The position numbers and the translations under genes are program-made. A stretch of 61,899 nucleotides of DNA, filler included, from Nemertoderma westbladi (taxonomy: Eukaryota; Animalia; Xenacoelomorpha), in the NCBI GenBank assembly GCA_032718475.1. It is 4 parts of 4 records of this genome, joined end to end, with 100 filler letters (N's around TTAATTAATTAA, not from the genome) between each part and the next. Parts side by side here need not be neighbours in the genome. Positions count along the whole stretch, not along the records: positions 1 to 27,837 come from JAUCBJ010004690.1; positions 27,938 to 41,558 come from JAUCBJ010000829.1; 2 more parts are not named here. One strand, 5' to 3'. This document shows positions 24,701 through 35,132 of this stretch, piece by piece. Within the stretch, counting starts at the first letter, position 1, and the number at the start of each line of letters is the position of its first letter. The notes beneath the pieces are model-generated. The model did no database searches and was not told where the DNA came from. It saw only the letters and a list, made by a program, of their open reading frames with translations.

Positions 24701-27700
24701 CCCAAATATCCACTATTGAATAAATTTGAAGGGATATTATTAAGTCCAAAATTGTGAGAGTTTTTAATTGTGTGGTCCAATTGTTTTTTGATCTCTATTT
24801 ATTGTTTAAAGTGGATTTAATATCATACTGGTTTTTTAGAATATTATAACCTTATATTTTATTAATTTACCCAATCGAACCCTTATAAGGACCAGTTATT
24901 TGTACACATGTCCCTAATGCGCTCAGTAAGATCCAAACAACATATTAATATGAAAATAAAGTATCTCCAACGAAAAGAACCCAATACTATACAATTTGAT
25001 CTCATTTAAAATTTGCACTTTTGCACACTTATTTGCACAAGTGCACTTTAGCAGATCCTAATGGTGGATCTTATTTAACAAACTTATGTTTATCCTCTAC
25101 CGATCTACGACGGTGCATGATCAAGTGTCTGTTGCTAAAAGTTTCAAAAATGAAATTTAATAAATCGCGACATTTGCGATTTTGGACCATATTCATGGAC
25201 ATTTTAAGTCACTTTATAGACATAAAAAGGTAAACAAATGTTAAGCTTATAGTTAGAAATCACACTAAACTACATTTTAATCCAAAAAATAACATTCTAT
25301 GATGAATAGAACTGAAAATAATAGTGTTTGAAATATCGAAAAAATGTGCACTTTTTAAGTGCATTTTGCACTAAGTGCACATGCGTCTTTTCCCAAGTTG
25401 TTTCCTATTTCGCACACTACAACCTATCCTCTATCCAATGAAAAAAGTTTCAGATCAAACGGACGAGTAGAACCGCAGTTATTGATGTTTAAATATAGTC
25501 ACTCGAAAATTTCAAAACCACTTGGTCACATAGTCTAGTGGTCATCAATCACGTTAATGAAACCTAAGTTCGAGGGTACGAAATCCAATATTGGCCATTC
25601 TTAATTTTTTGCAAAAAAAAATATTTTTATTTTTTCACTAAAATCGCTCTAACTTCGGTTCTGGTGGTCCAAATTCAATAAAATTGGTATATTCTTTGCC
25701 GTAATTTTTTTTTCTATCTTTTGAGAGGGGGTCATTTTTGGCCCCAAAAAAATGGAAAAAAAAGGGCCAAAATTACGCGATATTTTTCGACCCTTAAAAT
25801 TCGTAATTTTAATTATAAATGTTAAGAAAAAAGATAGCGGAGGTAATTTTCTACATTTTAAATGTAGTTTTGGTGCAATACACTAAATTATAATGGAGTA
25901 GCAATTTATTTAAAAAAAAATTTTTTTGTCCCTTTTTATAAATATTTTATTTCACACGATCGTCTGCCGCACCAGTTGTATAATAGCTACGGCGTTGTAA
26001 CTAACGCTGAAAGATAGATAATTTAACGCTCTATAAAAATGTTTAAATACGTCTCCCAGACGTTGAGTAGTTTTCGAGCTAGACGTGTTCCCGCGCAGCG
26101 AGTTTGAAACAAGAAATTTTAATATTGGCCCTCATTTTTTTTACATCATTTGCGCAGCCAAAGCAATCGAATATTTGGATTGCCCGTATCAATATTAACC
26201 GTATAAAATGCACCTTAACCTTCTAGAGTCAAAACTTTAAACGTTATTAGCTATAAATTCTTTATCAGTTTCTGGCCCTTTTTGGACCCTTTTGCCGACA
26301 TATTTTTTGTACCCCCATTCGATAGGAATGTAGCCCCTGTGATCCTTTACGCGTTCCGAAAAATAATTGGCAGATTCCTACCCGCGTTTTCGAATTAATA
26401 ATTTCGGAAATATTAATTATATAAAAATGACGGACAAAAACTGAAAATTTACGGCCCCTTTTTCCACCCGAAATATTAATAAATATCTTACCCCCATTCG
26501 ATACGACGGTAGTACCACTCTTTCCCTTTCCACCCGCCTTACTTTCGTCCCCGTACAATTAATACTAGCCGAGTTATAGCGCATCCCGCAAAGTCATTTT
26601 GTCCGTTTTCTCGACTTTGACGGACATTAGCTACAAAACCATCGACTTAATTTTCAAAAAAAAAATATGTGAAATCTAATTTTTAGACCCTCTTTCGATT
26701 CCGCGCGACGCCTAGTCCGTTGGGGCGATATTTTTTTTTTTTTACATAGACTCTAATGGTAAATTCTCGCGGAGACGACGGACAATCGTCCGTAATGTCC
26801 GTCAAACCGATAGATCGGAGAATCCAGATGGATCAAATGTCTTAGAATCGGTCGAAGCGTCTCTGGTGAAAAAATAAAGGAAAAATAGTGGTTAGTTTAG
26901 GAGAACCGCTACAGACACCCAATCTCAGCAATATGCTATAGATTCTTCGACTTCGGAGTGGCCGGGTTCACCTCCCTCACGCCGGCCACGGGCTGTACTA
27001 TTACGAAATGTTTCATCCCACCAAGGTGGACCCAAAATGAAGTTATACTTAAAGAAAGACTACGATGTAAAGGGAAAAGCGTGGAGGGGGGGGGGGGGGG
27101 GGGGGGTATGCGTCGAATGACACGAGGGGAGACGAACTGGACTCGTTAATTTTATATTACTCGAAATTGTATGTAATATATTTTCGCTCCCAGTCTACAC
27201 TCGTTCTATATACCGGTAACCCATTAATATTAATATATACTACTCAGTCGTTTGTACATAATACGAAGTCTGTAAGTTATAGTCACTGAAACATTTCAGC
27301 TCGGAAATTATAATATATGAATCAAGGATGTCTCTCTTATGATCTACATAGAATAAATATGGTTATTGATACTGTTACATTGTGATAATGGATTCTAGGT
27401 TTCTTTCACTGGTAAATCCGTATAAATTTTGAAGTAATAAAATTTAATTACAGAACCATTGTTCGAAGATCAGCATTATTCATGCCAGTCATTGCTTAGA
27501 AATTTTACAGGATAATATTGTTAATCTGACTTAAGTTTTTTAGGTTGAACAAAGTCTACATAGTAAACAACAGGTCCTCCAAAGAGTGTGTCTTTGTTAT
27601 ATTATATCATGAAGGGGGAAGTTAGATTCACTGCATAAATGCAGTTTATCTAACTTCCCCCAAATATTCACTGATGATTAAAATTGAAGCAATATATTAA

Positions 27701-27837
27701 GTCCGAAAAGGTTCGAGTTTTTTAATAAATTGTCTGGTCCATTTGTTATCTGATCTCTATTTATTGTTTAAAGTTCATTTAAGATCACACTGGTTTTTAG
27801 AATATTACAACCTTATTTATTATTAATTTATACAATC
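15755..27837. repeat. Macrosatellite, ~2.9-3.0 kb unit, at least 4 copies, running into a gap
   Basis: Anchor GGGGGAAGTT..AACTTCCCCC recurs at 15785, 18792, 21689, 24656 and 27614. Copies 3 and 4 are near-identical (period 2967); copies 1 and 2 are diverged. Confidence 0.95.
19591..19664 (+). ncRNA. tRNA-like Pol III cassette in the macrosatellite unit (also ~16671-16742, 22557-22630, 25524-25597)
   Basis: GGTCA..TGACCA ends 74 nt apart, A box TAGTCTAGTGG, B box GGTTCGAAATCC, downstream T-run; internal cloverleaf stems are disrupted. Confidence 0.55.
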
Positions 27838-27937
27838 NNNNNNNNNNNNNNNNNNNNNNNNNNNNNNNNNNNNNNNNNNNNTTAATTAATTAANNNNNNN
27901 NNNNNNNNNNNNNNNNNNNNNNNNNNNNNNNNNNNNN
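27838..27937. other. Assembly gap with artificial TTAATTAATTAA linker
   Basis: 44 N + 12-mer + 44 N; identical at all three gaps. Confidence 0.97.
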
Positions 27938-27951
27938 ACATTAATAGCTAT

Positions 27952-29761
27952 TAGGCTGAGCGAGGTATATTTTTTTGCCTACAAATTCCGATCTAAATCA
28001 TTGTTGGTTTTTTTGAAGCAGTTGGTTGTGTAGACCCTTAAACATAGCAACGGAGACCTTATGAATAGCTACGTCTATCATGTAATAGCTGTCGCTTTGA
28101 AATTATAGCTGATCGGTGTATCAGATGTAATTGGAACTACCGGACACATTAGGCCTCACAGGCGTCAGTTATCTCCTGACCGGCTGCCTGTCTCACCCCC
28201 TACTGGAGAGAAAGCTTCCAACAATTTTGTTAGTCAACAATTTAATTTAGTCCCTTTACTGATGACCTTTCTGGCCCAAACCCTGGGTCACCAGGGAGGC
28301 AAGTTTGTGAAGGGGAGAGGGATTCTGGAGTTTGAGGTTCTGTCTGATTAAGGAAATGGGGGGGGGGGGGGGGGGTGGCGACTTGCCCTTGCATCAGAAG
28401 ATGATAGTGACAATGGTGGAATTGGTCTATTGATGAATCCAACTGCACAAAATAGACCATATCTCTAACCTCATCATCCGTTGCCACTTCTCATGTTCTG
28501 GAAGACTGGCTAAGAAATTTCCTGTGGTTCTGATTGTGTGCTATTCTCCAACTAGTGTTGCCCCAGTAGAGGAGGTGGAAAATTTCTACCTCAATCTACA
28601 AGCAGCAGTCCTGGACCTAAAAGTCCACGTGAAATCCAGCTTCACACTACAGTTGAGAAACAGGTATCTCCTATGTATCCAGGTATCTCTTATGATAACT
28701 CCACCTGGCTCCAGAAGTCGAGGAAATTCTGCCAAGTACCTAACTGATCTAGACTTTGCTGCTGACTTAAAAGTACACTCAGAAATACTAGAGGGAACCA
28801 AACGGCTCCTCAGCTAATTAGAACAGAGCGAAGCTTCCAGCCAAGTGTTAGTCTTTTTGATGATCTGTCCGTTTTGAATGTCTGATCGTATGAGCATAAG
28901 CTCAAATGGTGACGTATGCTTAAGTCTGTGTTCGACTTCTCTTACCTGGAATCATCGATCCGGAAGTCAGATGAGGACCTGCGAATACTTAAGGGAAAGG
29001 TATGGGCAGCATTGAATGTTGAATGGGCTTTCCAGGATTTGGAAGTCACAGAGAATACATCGGAAACTGTAGTACAGTAGTACCCGTACTCCGCTATGGG
29101 AGCCCATACTGGGCTCTAACTTCTGAGGACGCCAAATCTCTGGATGGCACTTTCACAAGTATGATACTTCAGGTTTACTATGTCAACTACAATAAACAAA
29201 ACACATAAACGCAACATTATTTTAAAAATGAGTGTATATTGTTCGACATTAGGCCCTATCATTATATAGGGGGCAGGCATTAGTTCGAGTTTCTTTGTCA
29301 ATTATTAGCTCGTTGCTATGTACATTTGACCAGTTGCTATGCAAAATAGAAAATGAAAATATCTGTATATTGTTCCTTATAGTCGGTCTAGAAGTCGATT
29401 GGAAGTTGCTGGAACCAGCGAAAGGGCCGTTGCTATGCACAATGTAAAAGTTCCTAACTTTGAAGTCATTTTTCACCTGGTTGCTATGGTAGAAAAAAAA
29501 TTATTATTCACCAGTAAACGAGTTACATCTAATACACCGATCAGCTATAATTTCAAAGCGGCAGCTATTACATGATAGACGTAGCTATGCAAAAGGTCTC
29601 CGTTGCTATGTTTAAGGGTCTGTAAAAAATTTTCCCCACGAAAAAATTTTTGAGGGAATTTTTCTGAATGGCAACTCAACCAACTGCTTCAAAAAAAACC
29701 AACAATCGTTTAGATCGGAATTTGTAGGCAAAACCCTAAATTAATGACCTCGCTTAGCCTA
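27952..29761. repeat. Inverted repeat pair (27952-28130 and 29523-29761) flanking an RTE fragment
   Basis: TAGGCTGAGCGAGG..TCAGATGTAA is the near reverse complement of TTACATCT..CCTCGCTTAGCCTA; the right arm has about 55 extra bp. Confidence 0.85.
28430..29200 (+). pseudogene. Decayed, internally deleted RTE LINE fragment
   Basis: CYSPT endonuclease motif and ITPPGSRSRGNSAKYLTDLDFAADL, matching the copy at 50770-50850. Confidence 0.85.
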
Positions 29762-30654
29762 TATTTATACCTCGGTAACTAGAAGTCGCATATAAGTTTT
29801 AAATATATAAAATTACCCCATATATTAAGGTAACTGTTGTAAAAAAATTATAAAATTCCACACAAGGAAATTTAATAATTTCCACCAATGTTGTTAGTTG
29901 GCGAAGATTTTTCACATAATAAAATTTCGATTGCTGTAGGCCTATTGATTTTAGGTGTAATTTATTAACTTGTTTTAGTTTAAAAACCACAATACAGTTC
30001 TGTTGTTAATCACATAACGACAATGGGAACAAGGGTTTGGGAACAAGGTGAGAATTGGACGGGAAGAGGTGTTAAAGCTTCCTAGTGTATATTGTAACAG
30101 CTAAATTATAATAAAACTTATTAAATTAGTAGACAAATTTCCGTTGCTCTGGAAACTAAATTGGTAATGTAGAAGTGCATAGTTCAGTCAATCAATAGTC
30201 GCCATTGACTAAAGTTTGTTTATTAATTAGATTCGATTATTTAGGGCTGCAGTAGTACCAGTACTCTTATATCGTCACCTTCAAAGCAGAACCCCCTAAG
30301 TCGATTTTTTTCGATTTCATGTTTTTGACTTTTTGGGTAATTCGATATCGGCTTTTTCGTCTGGCAGAACCCCGAAGCTTTTCTACCAGCCATTTTTGAG
30401 TTATAAGCCAAAGACAGTTTCCCGTAACTTATGCCCACTTCGAGGCAGAACCCCACAAGTCAATAATTGGCTTGCAAAACACCGCAAATTCAAGTATATG
30501 AATTTCAGTCCACCTGGCAAAACCCCTTAAATCAGAAATAACAACCTGTAAAACCCCTTAAATCAGAAATAACAACCTGTAAAACCCCTTAAATCAGAAA
30601 CAATAACATGGAAAAACCCCGTAATTTCTCATTTATATACTGGTTTGTATTGCG

Positions 30655-31195
30655 GCCATGACACAAACATTATTGAGGGAACACAAACATTAATCTGGGA
30701 TACAAACATTTATCAGGGACACAAACATTAGTCAGGGACACACATTAAGTGGTACAAACATTAATAAGGGACAAAAACATTAATTAGGGACACACATTAA
30801 TCAAGGGCACATACATTAATAAGGGACACAGATATTAATCAGGGTCACAAACATTAATGAGGGACACACATTAATGATGGACACAAACATTAACGAGGGA
30901 CACAAACATTAATGAGGGACACACATTAATGAGGGACACACATTAATGAGGGACACACATTAATAAGGGGCACAAACATTAACGAGGGACACAAGCATTA
31001 GTGAGGGACACACAGTAATCAGGGAGAAAAACATTAATGAGGGACACAAACATAAATGAGGGACACAATGAATTAATGAGGGACACAAACATTAATGAGG
31101 GATACAATCATTAATGAGGGACACAAATACTAATGAGGGACACAAACATTAATGAGGGACACACATTAATCAGGGGCACAAACATTAATAGGGGT
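30655..31195 (+). repeat. 17-19-bp minisatellite (GGGACACAAACATTAATGA)n
   Basis: Direct reading. Confidence 0.9.
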
Positions 31196-31794
31196 GAATG
31201 CTTGCCAATGGATATTAATATGAGCGATGGTGATGCTTGCCATCAGACGATCAGATAATAAGTGATAAACTGATATACTGAATAATACTACCATGGGAAC
31301 GTGAGCTTCGATCAAAGTAGCGCCGCTTTGTATACATTCCATCTACCTAATTAGATGGAAATTAATTGAAAGCGACGTTTGGTTACGTTGTTCAGCTGCC
31401 TGTTTTGCTGCTACCCCCCCCCCCCCCCCCCCCGGCTGTTATACCCCCATATTTTCAATTTACCTCATACCCCCACCATTCATGTCACCCCCCCCCCCCC
31501 CATTCCTGTCGCCCCTTCATGTTCATTATTTTTTACTCCTTCCCTTATTAGTAACAACATCGTTTATTGTTTTGGTGAGAAAAACCATCTATGTAACCTG
31601 TTCCTTTCCCTCAATTGGTAATAACATAGATTATTGTTTTGGTCAGATCAATATGTTATTATTATTTTATTGTTGTTATTGTATTGCTTGACAGTAATGA
31701 TAATTGTAATACTGTAATATATTGTATGTGTATGGGTGGTAATAGGAATCATACTAAGTGCCATGGGGGATAACATGAATGGAATGAAATGATA

Positions 31795-31995
31795 GTACCC
31801 ATGATTAATGTTTGTGCCCTTGATTGATATCTGTCCCTCGTTTAATGTTTGTGTCCCTCATTAATGTTTGTGTCCCTCATTAATGTTTGTGTACCTCATT
31901 AGTGTTTGTGTACCTCATTAATGTTTGTGTCCCTCATTAATGTTTGTGTCCCTCATTAATGTTTGTCCCTCATTAATGTTTGTGTCCATCATTAA
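31795..31995 (-). repeat. Same minisatellite in inverted orientation
   Basis: (TCATTAATGTTTGTGTCCC)n. Confidence 0.9.
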
Positions 31996-32719
31996 TAGTT
32001 CATTTATATCATCATCATTTATAGTTCTGCATTTGGCTACATTTTGTTCAATTTGTATTGATACATGATTCTAACTACAGTCCCGTACTTATTTTAGGAC
32101 CAATTCATACCAAAATATCAAACACTTACGGAGCCCTTTAGAATTTTGAATTCATAAATTTCCAACATGTGCGCAAGTGTGTTAGCTGTATTGTATGTGC
32201 TTATTTGTTATTATTGCGTTCACAGGTAATACTAACACCTGCTCATGTGCTAGTTAACATGTTAGATAGCACGTATTAGCTAATAACAAATGCGCACATG
32301 TATTACGTGCGCACTACGCACTAAATAATTAAGGCCTTGGCTATAATTTGATATATTTTGAGTGTTTTTTGTAAAAATTCGGACTTATGGTGTTTTGCCT
32401 AATTGAGGGTGCCTTGTTTTCTAGGCAATACCCCGCAACTATCGTATAGAGTTACGGGATAATACCAGAAAACGGTGTTCCCCCTTGTTTTGGCAAAACA
32501 CCATAAGTCCGAATTTTTACAAAAAAACCGCAATATATTTCAAAGGTGATTCTAAATTAAATAGAAAGTTTAGTTATATGAATTCTATATATATTTATTT
32601 GTCAAAAAACACAATAACAAGTAAACTGAGGCATCTCTCTAAAAAATAAACAGTTTTTATCGATTATCTCAGAACTACAAAAATCGACTTAGGGGGTTCT
32701 GCCTTGAAGGTGGCGATAT

Positions 32720-33095
32720 GTGAGTCCATGCTGGGCTCTAATTGCAATGGATACCAAATCTCTGGATGGCATTTATACAAGAATGCTACGCCGGGTTCAT
32801 TGTGTCAGGTACAAAGAACACCTCCAATGAGACTCTATACAACCTTGGAGGTGTATCACTAGTCTCCCCTAGCTTGATACTTGAACGGTACCGCCACCGC
32901 TTTGTAGGACATACAGTGCAAAATCTTGTGCTTTGGCGGCCTCATGGAGTGAATAAGCATGGTGGACAGCCCATGACTTTCTTGAGACGCCTCTGATCTA
33001 CCAAATGTCATGGGTGATAGGGAGTTGTGGCGGCGCAACTTTTTCGAAAAGCCGGCAGAGCATTCTTATATGTAATATACAGTATATAATGCAGC
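32720..33095 (+). pseudogene. RTE LINE 3' fragment
   Basis: Matches about 51210-51640 (LYNLGGVSLVSPSL, LWRPHGVNKHGGQPMTFLRR). Confidence 0.85.
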
Positions 33096-35132
33096 ACAAA
33101 AGTTTGTTTTCAAAAATTATTATTATATTAGTATAGGATTTTTTGTCAACTATATACCCAAAGGTAGGCCCATACTTAGAAACATTTTTTGGCAGATTTG
33201 ACACTTTTTGTCACAATTTCACCTTTTTATGTCGCTAAGCCACTTTAATGTCGCTAAACCACTATAATAACTGCGGTGTAACTGGAAATTTATACGGAGC
33301 TTTTTTTAAACGCTTATAGCTAAGCAGTGATTGAAGATTAAAGATATATTGATTAAAGTTGAAAGCGAAAATAACAATTCGGACTGACCCACTAGTGGGC
33401 CGGAGGTAAAACTATTCCAGTTTCAAATTTCGTGCAATCTCATCAATAAAAAAAAATTAAACTGAATTACGACACTATATTCCGGGGTGTGGTGTTAATA
33501 CCGTAGTACTGAGTGGCTAGGCACCACGTACTACGGTAGTAAGGAACACTTATGCAATTTGAACTACGTTCTTAAACTTATGCGTCAGCCCAGGCACCAG
33601 GTGGTACCCCAAAGTTTGGGAATCAGATGGGATACCTGTTTCCGTACACCTGTCTCTCGGGAATAGAGCAAAAATAAACAGTACCATTAGAATTAAGGAG
33701 TACCAGATCTCGTTGTACAACTTCAGAAAGATTGAGATAATTAAGCAATACATTGTATGTCACCATCATCCCATTTATTCATGATTATTAATATTAATAT
33801 GTAACTAATATAGTTAAAGTTACTGCATTATAATGGGCAGATATAATAATAAGTTAAAGGGAAGTTAATTACGAAATAATTAAACATATTGAGCACAATA
33901 TGAAGCACATACGGTGGATAAAAAGTGTAATGAGTTTGAATAATTTATTACTAAAGAGAAAAATAAATTATGAAATTAGTTAACTTTTATGTACAATTGA
34001 AATAATTATAAAAATCTTCTAAAATCAAAATGTAATAAAAATTTGTGAAATATCGTATAAATGGATCAATAGAAACACCCTATTGTTCCAATTCATTTAT
34101 TATTACAAAAGCTCAATTTTTAATTGGTATTTTCATTGCGCGGTTTGTTTAATTTCTGAAAATTGCTAAATATTACGCATGTGATATTAATGTGATTTTG
34201 ATATTAGTTTAAAAGTAATAATCCAATAATGAATGCTAAAATTACAATTTAACCATAGACATTAACACAGAGCATCATAATTGATGACGCCATTAATAAG
34301 CAATATTGGCCATAATTTTAACTAATAGCAATGGTAATGCCACGTTGATCAGTCAACTCAACACAATGAATGAAAAATATTCCGTTAAATTAATGTGGTA
34401 CCGCCAATTCAAAAAATATAGACATCCTTAGAAAATAAAGATGTAAATCACAATAATCATAGTCCATAGATGAGTTAATTAGGGGAATTCATTCACCTCG
34501 GCTAATTAAATACAATTTCGGGTCTGTCTATTGTGTAACTCGTATTAATAATATTTTAATAATTTTATTATGATAATTCGTTATCATCCGAGTAATAATG
34601 TTGGACAGAATGTTTAGCGGAATAACATATAACAATGTCAATAAATTAATTCTGATTAAAGTTCAGAAGGAGCCTCAAATTTGTAGAAGTTTGATGGTAT
34701 ATGTAAATTGGGGGCAGAGAGAGAGAATGGGGGGAGTGTCAGTGTAGTGTTAGTGTAGACGAGTATAATATATAGAACATTGCATAGGTAGATATAGACA
34801 AAGAAAGATAGAGCAATGCAGAGTAGAAAACAGATAGCAATAGGATAGGTAGATAAGTCTACTGTATTTCTACTCTAGCCATGTTGTACATTGGAAGACG
34901 TAACAGCCCCCCCCCCCCACATCTGATAACTTTTTGTGCAATAATTAAATTTACCGGTAAAGATATTTATTAATTAAATAAATATATTTTATAAGGTTTT
35001 GCTCCCAATAATTTATTGTTTTTTTTTATTAAAATTAAATTATTTCAATAATTATTACTTTTGAGGCTCCTGATATTTAATTGCATAAGATAAACAAACG
35101 TAAATATTATCGTCATATCGGCACCGAAACGC

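Larger units (their letters stand above)
30273..32715. mobile_element. Non-autonomous TIR DNA transposon with ATAT TSD (Sola1-like), inserted in an RTE fragment
   Basis: TIR CG(T/C)CACCTTCAA(A/G)GCAGAACCCCCTAAGTCGATTTT; ATAT at 30269-30272 and 32716-32719; the flanks rejoin to RTE sequence matching ~51180-51260. Confidence 0.8.

Noticed and set aside
16169-27149. Recurring 60-97 aa ORFs in the macrosatellite
   Set aside because: They recur only because the DNA repeats; starts, stops and frames differ between diverged copies.
27882-27893. TTAATTAATTAA centred in N-runs (also in the gaps at 41559 and 55604)
   Set aside because: Identical in all three gaps with stops in all six frames; a scaffolding linker, not biology.
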